From Podarcis muralis (taxonomy: Eukaryota): DNA of 64,000 nt. The DNA lies in the NCBI RefSeq assembly GCF_964188315.1, contig NC_135655.1, forward strand, positions 34,100,001 through 34,164,000. Reading direction: 5' to 3'. Position 1 is the first letter of the stretch. Each line of letters begins with the position of its first letter. The notes beneath the pieces are model-generated. The model was not told the DNA's origin, made no database searches, and worked only from the letters and a program-made list of their open reading frames with translations. The position numbers were made by a program, and so were the translations under genes. Positions 50,081-59,075 of this stretch are shown here, in pieces.

Positions 50081-53000
50081 CGCGCGTGCGTGTTTGTGTC
50101 TGTCTTTGGAAGAGTGAGGATATTCTCTTGTCTTTTATTATGATTGGAAGGCATCAGGCAACTTGTAACTTTAATAATCAGTTTTCATATTATTGGTCCT
50201 TACAATGAACACCCAGTTGTCTGTAAGTGATATGCCCTGTATATTTATAATTTGATTCCATTTTTATGATTTATTTATTTAATCATCATGTCTTCTAATA
50301 GCAAACTCATGTGGTGAGTGCCAGCAGGATTATAGCCAAAATGGGGTGATTGAGAAAAGGAGAAATATATCGCCATGTTTAGGGAAGTTTGCAAAAGTAA
50401 AAAGAAAATAAAAATTAAAAATAAGCAGCAGAAATAAAAATGGAAATGTGGACTTGGAACGAAATGCACCACTAGAGGAAGGCAAGGCTGACTGGATGAG
50501 TATCTGAACAGGAACCAATCCATTGGGTGACATACCGTATTTTCTCAAATCTAATGTTCACTTTTTTTGGCCAAATTATGTTGCAAAAATTAAGGTGCGC
50601 ATTAGATTCGATGGCACATTTACATTCGCCAACAAATGCTTTTTTTTGGTTTCAAGGTTCTGAAATGGAGGTGCGCATTAGATTCAATGGCGCATTAGAC
50701 TCGAGTAAATACGGTAATAAGACACCTCTCCCTATCAAGAGATAGGCTTTCTTAGAAATTCCACGGCCAGTTCATATCCCAAATCAGTGTATATGTGAAT
50801 TTAGGATTTTTTGGGCCCAGTATGCCTCACTTTTTTCTTGCTGAATCTCATTTTCCGTTTTGTTGCCCATGTTTGGAATGAGATCCCTTTGGAGCTGTTC
50901 CCTGTTCCCCAGGTGAGCTACAATTTGGTAGTGTTTGCAAATTTGTCTGCCTTTTAACCCACCCCTAACTCCTTTTCATTTATGAACAAGTTAAGTAGCA
51001 CCACCCAACTCATGTTGTTGGAAGATCCTATTCCTTTCTTCCCTCCATTGGGAGAACTGTCAAATCTATTCCTACCTCATTAAAGAGGCAGCAGAAACCT
51101 GCTTTTCATCTCTCCCCCTGCCCATAGGTTACTTAGCCAGTTTCTGATTCATAAGAGGACCCGGCCTCTAATTCTAGGAATAAGTTGTTTTTGTATAATG
51201 AATACAATTATTGGGAGGTTTGCAGCGTAATTGTTCTTTATCACTCTTTCTTGTAAAGATGCCAGCGATGGTGGCCGTTCACATAAAACAGTCTTGGACC
51301 GTTGGAGAGAATCACTTCTGTCTTCTGCTAGCCTCTCTCAAGTCTTCCTCCACCTCTCAACACTAGAGCGAAGTGTAATCTGGTCCAAATCTATCTTAAA
51401 TGCTCGCTGCAAAATGTGCAGAAAGAAAGGAGATGCTGAATGCATGGTGCTGTGTGATGTCTGTGATCGAGGCTATCACATTTACTGTATAAGACCAAAG
51501 CTCAAGGTAATTCAAATTTTGCTTTGCTTTGTTTTGTTTTTAAATTGTAACCATAAGTAGTAGTTGCATTTTACAAAGGCATGCTGCCTCTTTGTTAGGT
51601 TGTTCCCGATGGAGACTGGTTTTGCCCAGAATGTCGACCAAAGCAGCGTTCCAGACGCCTCTCATCCCGACAGAGACCTTCTGTGGAAAGTGATGAAGAG
51701 GCCGAAGAACAGGTTGAAGAGGAGGAAGATGAAACCAGTTATGAAGATACTGGACATAGTGAGGAAGAAGGTGATGAAGATGAAGAGGATGAGGACAACT
51801 CTGATTCTCAAGAAGAGGATGATGAAAGGTAAATCAGCCACCAAGCTGGCTCTGTCCATGCAGAATTCTCACAGCCTTTAATATGATATGTCACATGGTC
51901 GGCTTACTTAAAATTTTAAATTTAAGGTACAAAATTTTGATTTGTTAAAAGTGATTTTAAAAAATATGATTACAAATTTCCAGGAAATGTATTATTTAAT
52001 ATTTCTAAGAGCTACCTGCAAATGTCATCTTGGGATCTCAATGGGATCACATTTTTAACAAATATTTTGTACATATATTTTAAGTAAGCCCATCATGTGA
52101 CATACTGTATATTAAAGCCCATGAAGTTCTGAAGAGATTGGTGTTTTTGGCTCTGACGTATTTCAACCCTGGGCTGAGCTTTAAAGGTTTTGATCATTCA
52201 ACAAGTGTACAAAATATTAAGAAAATTGGACAACATGAGGTAAGAAAGCTGGATCACTTGATATGGAATCACCCAGGGGTATAGAGTTTTGTTTAGGGTG
52301 TGTACTTGCAATTAAGATAGGATAACTATGGGTAGCTTCTTAGTTTTAAATTTGCAAAGAAGAATTTGTCATTCTATAATTGGTAACCTGACAGTTATTG
52401 AGACAGTGCAAATGTATCCGTCTAAAATGGTTAATTGAGTGCTAAATTCACAACTTTGAAGAATAGAGAGGATCAAAGATACTAGTTGTATCACAGAAAT
52501 TGATACTTGTAACTTCTTACAGCTTATCCAAATCAAGAAAACCTCAAGTAAAACTTGCTTTAAGAACAAGAGCTGCAAAACTTGCAACCAGCATCTCAGG
52601 TCAATACAGCCAGCGTCAGAGTACTGGAAGATACAGTTCCCGGAGTCAGCAGAATACACCTAAGCAAACCGGATTTGCAAGTAAAGCTACTGGGAAGGGC
52701 ATAAGAAAGACAAGGTCTGCTCCTTCATCAGTAGCAAAATCATCAAGACTTAGCAGCCGTACAACTCGCCAGAATCGAGATTTGCTACAAGCAGACACAT
52801 TTATAGAGTTGACCAGTCCCCAGAGGCGACGCCGAGGAAGGAAGACAGCAGATAATACTCCAGAGAGTAGTCCTTCCAGTTCTCTCGGCTTCAGAATTGT
52901 TGATGCTACAGATTCAAAGGAAAAGAAAAGTTCTCCCATTCCTATTGTAAAAAATTCTCCTCAAGACACAGAGCCCAAAAAGAGGGGTAGGAAACGACTA

Positions 53001-56000
53001 TCTACAGGTATGTTGAATCCTTAAAATAATATTGGCTGTAGAATGAATTCAGAAGTTTCCATCATAGTATATATCGGAGCTCTCCAAACTTTTCATGTTG
53101 GTGACATACTTTTCAGTGGGGTTTTGCCATATTTCAAGAGGTAAAAATCTGGCACAAAAGGTTGTTAAGGTTGTTGAGCTTTTTTAGGGCCCTTCTGCCG
53201 CCACCGAGCCCGAGCCACCAATGCCCACCACAACCATCGCATTAACCAGTGTCCCAAAATCCAGGACATTTGGCTTAAAATGCAAAATTCCTCCCAGATG
53301 GGCATGTAAGGCCCCCAGAAGAAGAGATGTCTGGGAATTCCAGGACGTATGGCAACCCTACTTTTTAGACATGCATCATTTCGCGACATAGTAATTCAGT
53401 TTTACTAGCAAACTGGAGCTTAAACTAACCCCTTTCCAGCCCTGGGAGGAGCACGGGGAGCATTCGTGTGACATACCTACACACTGCAGTCGATACGCTA
53501 ACGTGTCACAATATACAGTTTGGAAATCTCTGGTATATGTAAAAGTAATGTGAATTGGCCTTAAAGCATGGCAAAACGGATGTAGAACTAGGGAGGTTTG
53601 TTATTGTATCCTGTGGCTTTTCATACTCTTACTGCATAATGTATTTCTTAAACAATTTGTTTTTCCCCAGAGCCGTCTCCAATGCCTTTGAATAGGAGAA
53701 GTTCAGGACGTCAGGGTGGAGTTCATGAACTGTCTGCGTTTGAGCAGCTTGTTGTGGAATTGGTGCGTCACGATGACAGCTGGCCTTTTATGAAACTAGT
53801 GTCCAAAATCCAGGTAAATAGATTGGGTCCATTTTAGTAAAAAGTGACATTTACTGACAAACCAGGAATAGTCAAAAAGAGGAAGAATAGAAAAATACTT
53901 CTGAAATTCAATCTCTACATTTGAGTCATATCTAGAACTAAAATACCCAAGTTACTATAATAACTTGGGTATGCCTCGCCTATTTTGAAGATGTAAAATT
54001 GGTGGAATATATGGGCTAATGTTTTTCTGGAACTCTCTAGCTTTCTCCATAATCCAGCGCATGTTTGCAATTTGGTCTCTGGTTCCTCCTCCTCTTCTAA
54101 ATCCAGCTTGCACTTCTGGGAGTTCTCGGTCCACATACTGCTGGAGCCTACCTTTTAAGCATAACCTTGCTAGCGTGTGAAATGAGTGCAATTGTGCGGT
54201 AGTTGGAACATTCTTTGGCACTGCCCTTCTTTGAGATTGGGATGTAGACTGATCTTCTCCAATCCTCTGGCCACTGCTGAGTTTTCCAAACTTGCTGGCA
54301 TATTGAGTGTAGCACCTTAAGAGCATCATCTTTTAAAAATTTTAAATAGTTCAGCTGGAATACCATCACTTTCACTGGCCTTGTTATTTGCAGTGCTTTC
54401 TAAGGCTCATTTGACTTCACTCTCCAGGATGTCTGGCTCAGGGTCAGCAACGACTAAACAACAACAACAACAAAATGGGCTAATGTAAGGGACGTGGGTG
54501 GCGCTGTGGGTTAAACCACAGAGCCTAGGGCTTGTCTATCAGAAGGTTGGCGGTTCGAATCCCCACGATGGGGTGAGCTCCCGTTGCTTGCTCCCTGCTC
54601 CTGCCAACATAGCAGTTTGAAAGCACATCAAAGTACAAGTAGAGAAATAGGTACCGCTCTGGCGGCAAGGTAAACGGTGTTTCCGTGCGCTGCTCTAGTT
54701 CGCCAGAAGTGGATTAGTCATGCTGGCCACATGACCGGAAGCTGTACGCCGGCTCCCTCAGCCAATAAAGCGAGATGAGCATCGCAACCCCAGAGTCGTC
54801 CGCAACTGGACCTAATGGTCAGGGGTCCCTTTACCTTTACGGGCTAATGTAGTGCTAATGCCAGAGGGATTGACTTTTCTCCAATCCTTATTTCAATGCT
54901 ATGACAATGGAAGTGTAAGAGACAGTTCAGCAAAGTCAGTGTTGGGTCATGAAATTCAGAAAGGCTTCTGTTGTTGGCTGTGTGAAGAGGGAGCTTGTTA
55001 ACTCCAGGTTCAGCATTTTCTGTTTTATTCATAGCTCAGCGATTATCGGGAAGTAGCTGAACACACACCATGGATGGGTAATGTCACCACCTTGCAACTG
55101 AAGACAGGAAATGCAAACTGATGTTTTGCATTTTAACTTGGTCCAGTGAATGACAAACTGCAGGAACAGATTTAATAGATCCAGAAAGGGAAACATTATT
55201 AGGAAAAATACTCATAAGTTTAAATTGACTTGTATTGTAAAACAATGTAATGGCCACAAGATGGCGATGTTACCCAGCCATGTTGCCTGTTAATCACCTA
55301 GAAACACCCTTCAGGTGAGAACCAGCTGTTCCACTTTTTGAACATTGAACAATGAAAAGTGCATACAAATTCAGGACATGATTCTGTACTGCACAGTTTT
55401 GAAACCAGGCTGATCTATTGACCTGTTCTTAAGAGACGATGGATTGGAAATATGTAAAATACATACCTTGTAACTGCTGCTGTTGTTGTTGTTTAGTCGT
55501 GTCCAACTCTTTGTGACCCCATGGACCAGAGGGCGCCATGCACTCCTGTCTTCCACTGCCTCCCACAGTTTGGTCAAACTCACACATTCCTGATATTCAG
55601 AAAAAGGCAGGACTGCCTGTTTCGGTGGGCAGATTAAAAAGATTTAACTTCTGAATGAGGTCTCTTGATTTATTGCCTAAAAATCATGAAAAATATTTTG
55701 ATTGTACTTTTTTGCTCTTTCTCTCTGCATTTTTAAAAAATGTACTTCTTTACCCAAATGCAGGTACCAGACTACTATGATATTATCAAAAAACCTATTG
55801 CCTTAAACATAATCCGTGAAAAAGTCAACAAATGTGAATACAAACTAGCTTGTAAGTAAAGTTTTCTAAAATAATTCTATTTCTGTTGCTTTAAACACAG
55901 TTTAATTTACAAGGCATCTGAATGACTTTAGTTTTATGTTATTCTGAAACAGTGGAGCATTAGGAGTTATGCTCCCAGCAGTGGGCATTCAGCATATTGA

Positions 56001-56370
56001 ACAATACACACTTGAACATTATTTACCTCTAGCTGAAATGTGAGAATACTCTCTTGTGAGCCAAAGTAATCCACCGTAATGGTGGTGGTGTCTTTGTCTA
56101 GGAAACATTGATTTTGGGATTATCTATAATTTTTATAACATTATGGACTAAATGTGTATTTGTTTTTTCTTCCTTACAGCAGAATTCATTGAAGACATTG
56201 AACTGATGTTTTCAAACTGCTTTGAGTATAACCCACGCAATACAAGTGAAGCAAAGGCTGGAACAAGACTTCAGGATTTTTTCCGTGTTCAGGCTCACAA
56301 GCTTGGACTTCCTCTTACTTCTAGTTACATGGACCGTGCTGCTCCAGCAGCCAAAAAATCCCGAATCTAA
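15086..56370 (+). CDS. BAZ1A: BAZ1A/ACF1, bromodomain adjacent to zinc finger domain 1A; whole spliced CDS, 27 coding exons, 4773 nt, ~1590 aa
   Basis: Begins MPLLHRKPFVREKPPADLRPDEHVFYCKVTNEIF and ends AAKKSRI-TAA. Exon phases chain in frame across all exons, with exon 8 acceptor uncertain. WAC, DDT, PHD (CKMCRKKGDAECMVLCDVCDRGYHIYC...WFCPEC) and bromodomain (WPFMKLVSKIQVPDYYDIIKKPIALNIIREK) match the human protein as recalled. Confidence 0.97.
19515..19793 (+). CDS. BAZ1A: BAZ1A coding exon 2 (WAC), 279 nt
   Basis: gcag|TGAC; DFFERTILCNSLVWSCAVTGKPGLTYQEAL; AAG|gtaagt. Confidence 0.95.
21900..22043 (+). CDS. BAZ1A: BAZ1A coding exon 3, 144 nt
   Basis: ttcag|A; LQCKILEV...SDSDDSD; GG|gtaaaa. 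Confidence 0.93.
22479..22580 (+). CDS. BAZ1A: BAZ1A coding exon 4, 102 nt
   Basis: tttag|G; LFKYKVKPIKK; TG|gtaagc. Confidence 0.92.
23912..23999 (+). CDS. BAZ1A: BAZ1A coding exon 5, 88 nt
   Basis: atag|C; RRKHLFSRDRLKLFLKQHCE; AAG|gtaatc. Confidence 0.94.
24098..24127. repeat. (GT)15 microsatellite
   Basis: Direct reading. Confidence 0.95.
24349..24710 (+). mobile_element. Sauria SINE (subfamily B), full length
   Basis: Head and tail intact; TSD tagcttgct with 12 extra nt at the 5' junction. Confidence 0.92.
25217..25351 (+). CDS. BAZ1A: BAZ1A coding exon 6, 135 nt
   Basis: aag|GCA; YKIAEQNFSYLFPDDPPTFVFSP; CAT|gtaagt. Confidence 0.93.
25781..25883 (+). CDS. BAZ1A: BAZ1A coding exon 7, 103 nt
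   Basis: ttcag|GAG; EDFVAKEQ...KERARLQKEKDEMRAM; G|gtaagt. Confidence 0.9.
26530..26696 (+). CDS. BAZ1A: BAZ1A coding exon 8 (coiled coil); 5' boundary uncertain (26530 by homology, 26542 by first in-frame AG)
   Basis: FEKEKLKREK...EELKKIVEEERLKKKEERERLKIEKEK; AAG|gtcagg; homologous acceptor position reads AC. Confidence 0.85.
26802..27029. mobile_element. Tc1/mariner (Tigger-like) MITE, second family
   Basis: TA-CAGTCGTACCTTGG ... CCAAGAAACAACTG-TA. Confidence 0.75.
27291..27646 (-). mobile_element. Sauria SINE (subfamily B), full length
   Basis: TSD aaaattaggtta (27279-90, 27651-62). Confidence 0.92.
28296..28391 (+). CDS. BAZ1A: BAZ1A coding exon 9, 96 nt
   Basis: tgcag|GAA; EREKLREEKRKYLEHLKQWSKRREDMECDDLK; AAG|gtaatg. 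Confidence 0.95.
29525..29663 (+). CDS. BAZ1A: BAZ1A coding exon 10 (DDT), 139 nt, GC donor
   Basis: acag|GAA; FGDAVMVLEFLHAFGELFDLQDEFPDGVTL; TAG|gcaagt. Confidence 0.93.
30094..30941. mobile_element. Non-autonomous hAT element with CpG-rich internal cargo
   Basis: TIR CAGTGTTTCCCAACC at both ends, perfect 8-bp TSD CTCTAGTT. Confidence 0.92.
31070..31216 (+). CDS. BAZ1A: BAZ1A coding exon 11 (DDT), 147 nt
   Basis: tacag|AG; VLEEALVGNDSEGPLCELLFFFLTAIFQA; AAG|gtcaga. Confidence 0.95.
32030..32198. mobile_element. Penelope pLTR-derived fold-back insertion containing a 124-bp perfect palindrome (32075-32198)
   Basis: Arms match the 5430-5499 Penelope end; centre GTGTGCA|TGCACAC; 13-bp TSD CACATAACAAATA (32017-32029, 32199-32211). 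Confidence 0.9.
32814..33006 (+). mobile_element. Tc1/mariner (Tigger-like) MITE
   Basis: CAGTGGTACCTCGGG TIRs, TA TSD. Confidence 0.9.
34402..34497 (+). CDS. BAZ1A: BAZ1A coding exon 12, 96 nt
   Basis: aaag|AT; DLTEALDEDADPTKSALSAVATLAAAWPQLHQG; G|gtatgt. Confidence 0.94.
34624..34848 (+). CDS. BAZ1A: BAZ1A coding exon 13, 225 nt
   Basis: gtag|GT; LDLDSCTLSEILRLHILASGADV; G|gtaata. Confidence 0.95.
35666..35831 (+). CDS. BAZ1A: BAZ1A coding exon 14 (WHIM1), 166 nt
   Basis: ttag|GG; EKMKILHALCGKLLTLVSTRDFIED; AG|gtgaca. Confidence 0.95.
35970..36313 (+). mobile_element. Sauria SINE (subfamily A), full length
   Basis: Head and ACCTTT tail; TSD gaaatatag. Confidence 0.9.
37332..37651 (-). 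mobile_element. Non-autonomous hAT (Charlie-like) element with internal ~70-bp duplication
   Basis: Perfect 8-bp TSD GTGTAGGA; reverse complement of the 1347-1608 family. Confidence 0.88.
38220..38330 (+). CDS. BAZ1A: BAZ1A coding exon 15, 111 nt
   Basis: tcag|A; IRKKKEERLKGQELKMKEKQEKLKEE; GG|gtatga. Confidence 0.93.
38852..38976 (+). CDS. BAZ1A: BAZ1A coding exon 16, 125 nt
   Basis: tcag|T; EEEREELDTSTESKETE; G|gtaagt. Confidence 0.92.
39717..40322 (+). CDS. BAZ1A: BAZ1A coding exon 17 (WHIM2/WSD), 606 nt
   Basis: ttcag|GA; PLGRDRLYRRYWVFPSVPGLFVEE...WCFYSSQEQLNQLLAALNSRGYRESAL; CAG|gtaaat. Confidence 0.96.
40387..40419. repeat. (TCCT)n microsatellite
   Basis: Direct reading. Confidence 0.9.
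40585..40805 (-). mobile_element. L2 LINE 3' fragment
   Basis: LWNVLPRKAHLAPSLHIFRHQAKMFLFNQAF, typical L2 C-terminus. Confidence 0.75.
40934..41527 (+). mobile_element. Tigger-like MITE with a nested CCGTA-type MITE (41122-41501)
   Basis: Outer CAGTGGTACC TIRs with TA TSD; inner CCGTATTTTT(T/C)GCTC(T/C)ATAGGA TIRs inserted at a TA. Confidence 0.88.
42103..42266 (+). CDS. BAZ1A: BAZ1A coding exon 18, 164 nt
   Basis: tacag|AG; LELRLRDFLLDIEDRIYQGTLG; AAG|gtattt. Confidence 0.95.
42330..43975 (+). mobile_element. Fragmented L2 LINE, interrupted by a MITE at 42578-42782
   Basis: FRPIANVPFWARFLRVVA...GFRPDFGMETV (RT); LYVGLPLKTLLKLQLVQNAAGQLLTG. Confidence 0.8.
42578..42782 (-). mobile_element. 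Tc1/mariner (Tigger-like) MITE
   Basis: Reverse-orientation copy of the 12526 family, TA TSD. Confidence 0.9.
44054..44208 (+). CDS. BAZ1A: BAZ1A coding exon 19, 155 nt
   Basis: atag|GTA; VADRQTWRTALESGQYELL; AG|gtaata. Confidence 0.94.
44925..45093. mobile_element. Tc1/mariner (Tigger-like) MITE
   Basis: CAGTGGTACCTCGGTTTAC / GTAAACCAAGGTACCACTG, TA TSD. Confidence 0.85.
45902..46050 (+). CDS. BAZ1A: BAZ1A coding exon 20, 149 nt
   Basis: ttag|A; VVHYLASALLQIQQGIERKFLKAPL; G|gtatgt. Confidence 0.94.
46457..46794. mobile_element. Non-autonomous hAT element
   Basis: Perfect 8-bp TSD ATGGTAAG; imperfect TIRs CAGAGGTGCCA / TGATACCCCTG. Confidence 0.8.
47073..47150 (+). CDS. BAZ1A: BAZ1A coding exon 21, 78 nt symmetric (phase 1-1) charged exon not in the recalled human protein
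   Basis: actag|GT; DAEDNKRDQKGDKRRKREDQPSQKD; G|gtaaat; stop-free and frame-preserving. Confidence 0.75.
48128..48355. mobile_element. Non-autonomous hAT element
   Basis: C(C)GTGGTTCCCAA / TTGGGAACCACTG; perfect TSD CACTAGGG. Confidence 0.85.
49655..49905 (+). mobile_element. CR1 LINE 3' end
   Basis: agattc..actaaacatcaggaagaac...gggggttggactaaatgaccc...ATTCT tail repeats. Confidence 0.85.
50049..50093. repeat. (TG)12 followed by a CG/TG alternating tract
   Basis: Direct reading. Confidence 0.9.
50535..50714. mobile_element. CCGTA-type Tc1/mariner MITE
   Basis: TA-CCGTATTTTCTC...GAGTAAATACGG-TA. Confidence 0.8.
51259..51506 (+). CDS. BAZ1A: BAZ1A coding exon 22 (PHD start), 248 nt
   Basis: aaag|AT; VLDRWRESLLSSASLSQVFLHLSTL...CKMCRKKGD; AAG|gtaatt. 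Confidence 0.96.
51599..51828 (+). CDS. BAZ1A: BAZ1A coding exon 23 (PHD end, acidic tract), 230 nt
   Basis: ttag|GTT; VPDGDWFCPECRPKQRSRRL; AG|gtaaat. Confidence 0.95.
52523..53007 (+). CDS. BAZ1A: BAZ1A coding exon 24, 485 nt
   Basis: tacag|C; RYSSRSQQNTPK...QADTFIELTSP; CAG|gtatgt. Confidence 0.93.
53075..53532. mobile_element. Non-autonomous hAT element
   Basis: CGGAGCTCTCCAAACT / AGTTTGGAAATCTCTG; TSD gtatatat/gtatatgt. Confidence 0.78.
53671..53813 (+). CDS. BAZ1A: BAZ1A coding exon 25 (bromodomain start), 143 nt
   Basis: ccag|AG; GGVHELSAFEQLVVELVRHDDSWPF; CAG|gtaaat. Confidence 0.96.
54023..54474. mobile_element. 5'-inverted RTE-BovB insertion: minus-strand RT piece plus a short plus-strand tail
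   Basis: Minus: KDDALKVLHSICQQVWKTQQWPEDWRRSVYIPISKKGSAKECSNYRTIALISHASK; plus: CGACTAAAC(AAC)n; TSD atgggctaatgt. Confidence 0.88.
54489..54840 (+). mobile_element. Sauria SINE (subfamily A), full length
   Basis: TSD gggctaatgta (54477-87, 54841-51). Confidence 0.92.
55481..55582 (-). mobile_element. Short RTE-BovB 3' end
   Basis: (GTT)n tail, LTKLWEAVEDRSAW. Confidence 0.85.
55764..55851 (+). CDS. BAZ1A: BAZ1A coding exon 26 (bromodomain), 88 nt
   Basis: gcag|GTA; VPDYYDIIKKPIALNIIREKVNKCEYKLA; T|gtaagt. Confidence 0.96.
56180..56370 (+). CDS. BAZ1A: BAZ1A last coding exon (bromodomain end, stop)
   Basis: tacag|CA; EFIEDIELMFSNCFEYNPRNTSEAKAG...AAKKSRI TAA. Confidence 0.96.
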
Positions 56371-57093
56371 CGTCTTCCTTTTAAAGGACTTCTATTAGAG
56401 GAATCCTCTTATATTTTCATGGAAATGAAATATTTAAATCATGCAGCCATAGAAAGCAATAACATCTGTCACACCTTGGAAGTGTGACCTGCACTATGTT
56501 CTCAATTATTAAGCACTCAGGAGAATGTAGGAAAGATTACCTTTGCTACAGTTTTGTTCAGTGACTAATAACTTTGATCGATGTGTTTTGAATACAGTAC
56601 TGGTTTACAGTAGCTTTTGTACTTTTAATGACCATTTTGTGTCAAAATACCTTCCAGAAATATTTTTCTTCAGCACCAGATAATATTATTATATTGTTTA
56701 GATCTTGTAGGAGCTGTGGCATTGTCTTGTGAGGGTTCTACCTAGGCTAAAACAGTCATCTGCAACGCAGTGGACATCTGAAGTCACTTGAGCACAAAGT
56801 TTTGACACTACAAGTGAATGAGTACACCTTTTTATCATTTAAATTAGTGTGCTGGTGCTGGTTGGAGAAATTCAGTCTGACTTTATTAAGTAGATATTTA
56901 TTTAGCATTCAAATAATTTGTGGATTTGTTTTTGTATTTATAAAAAAATTTACTTGGAGGATAAAGAATTCATTAATTTCCTGTTTACTCTGTGTTTAGT
57001 TGTTTAAACCTCTCATGATCAGTTAATTGTCCTCTACCTGGCAGTTCTTACAGCAAAACTGAAAGTTTATTTGTACAACTTCTGAGTGTAAAA

Positions 57094-57350
57094 AATAAAG
57101 TGAAACATTTTTCAAAGTACTACTTGCTTATCTGTATACTAGTGGCTGCCCAGTTCTTGGGTGAAGCAAGAATAGATAACAGGACTTGCCACTTGTTGAT
57201 TCTATCAGCAGCATTTCTTAATTGATTTGTGATCCTTTAATGTTTGCAGATCTGTCATGATGAACTATTCCAATACCCGTGTCCATACTACTCCTGCAGA
57301 TGTCTTGAAAACTACTTATTTAATTTTTTCTAAAACTTTTTGTCAATAAA
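57094..57350 (+). terminator. BAZ1A candidate polyadenylation signals: AATAAA at 57094-57099 and 57345-57350
   Basis: Two canonical hexamers ~0.7 and ~1.0 kb after the stop, in AT-rich 3' UTR-like sequence before repeats resume. Confidence 0.55.
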
Positions 57351-57694
57351 GTAAAACAAAAAAACTTTTGCCTCAATATTAATCTTGGGTGACTTGGAAA
57401 TTTGCCTCTGTACAAAAGACCAGAAACATAAGGTTTCTAGTAACAGTCAATTCTCATACTTTGTTATCAGAATACAGTAGCCCAAATGTGAGTTACTCAA
57501 TTCAGTCAATCAGTCATTTTATTTGTATGCTGCCTTTCCAAAGTTAAAACAGAGCAGTTTACAACATGTTAAAATTACATAATTACAAACATAACATAAC
57601 AAGTCTGTGGTTTTCTAGAAGTTGCTGGACTACAATTTCCATCATCTCAGACCATTGGCCTTGATGCCTTGAAACTAATTAGAGTTGGAGCTTA

Positions 57695-59075
57695 ACATCG
57701 ATACCAGGGAAGGTCCTAGAAGAGATAATTCAACAAAGATTCAGCATGAGTTTCTCAAAAATGTCATGCCAGACCAATCTGATTCCTTTTTTTGATGGAA
57801 TTACAAACTTGGTGGATCAGAGAAATGTGGTAGACACAGTGTATCTTGATTTCATTAAGGCTTTTGACAAAGTCCCCCATGATATTCTCTTGAGGAAGCC
57901 AGTAAAATGTGGGTTGAATGAGATAACTGTTAGGTTGATTTGTAGCTGGTTAACTTACCAAACTTGAGTACTCATTAATGGTTCCATGTCATCCTGAAAA
58001 AAAGTGACAGGTTGGGTGCCACAGGGTTATGTCTTTATAAATGACTTGGATGAAGGAATTGAGGGGATGCTCATCAAATTTGCAGATGACACTAAAATAG
58101 GAGTAGCTAATGCCACGCAAGACAGAATCAGAATTTAAAATGACCTTAACAGATTGGAGAACCGGGCACAAGCTAACAAAATGAATTTCAATAGAGACAA
58201 ACGTAAGGCACTTAGGCAGGAAGAACCAGGTACACAAATATAGGATGGGGGACACCTAGCTTCAGTGCTTTTTTTCTGGGGAGATGCAGGGGTACGCATA
58301 CCCCTAAACATTTTGTGAATCTCTACTTTTGTCCATTTACTGTATTTTTCCCAATTCGAACTATAAAATTGTGATTTTCTTGAGTCAAAATGAGAGTACC
58401 CCTAAACATTTTTTTTTAAGATAAAAGAACACTGCCTGGCTTACTAGCAGTACATGTGAAAAGGATTTAGGGGTCTTGGTGGACCACAAGCTTAACATGA
58501 GTCAACAGTGTGATGCAGCAGCAAAAAAAGCTAATGCTATTTTAGGCTGCATCAATAGAAATACAGTGTCCAGATCAAGGGAAGTAATAGTACCACTCTA
58601 TTCTGCCTTAGGACCACACTTGGAATACTGTGTCCAATTCTGGGCAGCACAATTTAAGAAGAATGTTGACAAGCTGGAACGTGTGCAGAAGAGGGCAACC
58701 AAGATGATCAAGGGTCTGGAAACTAAGCCTTATGAGGAGTGCTTGAAGGAGCGGGGTATGTTTAGCCTGGAAAAGAGGAAACAGAGTAGATATGATAGCT
58801 TTCTTCAAATAACTTGAGTGCTAGCACATGGAAGAGGGAGCATGCTTGTTTTCTGCTCTGGAAAGTAGGACTCGTTGCAATGGCTTCAAGGAGATTTTGA
58901 CTAAACATTCGAGAAGACAGTAGGAGCTGTTTGTCAGTGGAACAGACTTCCACAAGAGGGAGCTTTTAAGCAGAGGTTGGATGGCCATGTGTCTTGGATG
59001 CTTTAGCTGAGATTCCTGCGTTGCAGGGGGTTGAACTACATGACCCTTGGGGTCCCTTCCAACTCTTAAGATTCT
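57695..59075 (+). mobile_element. CR1 LINE, 5'-truncated and degraded; contains a hAT MITE at 58263-58434
   Basis: SCQTNLIPFFD...VYLDFIKAFDKVPHDIL; [21 protein letters not shown]...LEYCVQFW; CR1 3' tail. Confidence 0.93.
58263..58434. mobile_element. hAT-type MITE inside CR1
   Basis: CAGTGCTTTTT / AAAAGAACACTG; TSD cctagctt/cctggctt. Confidence 0.8.
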
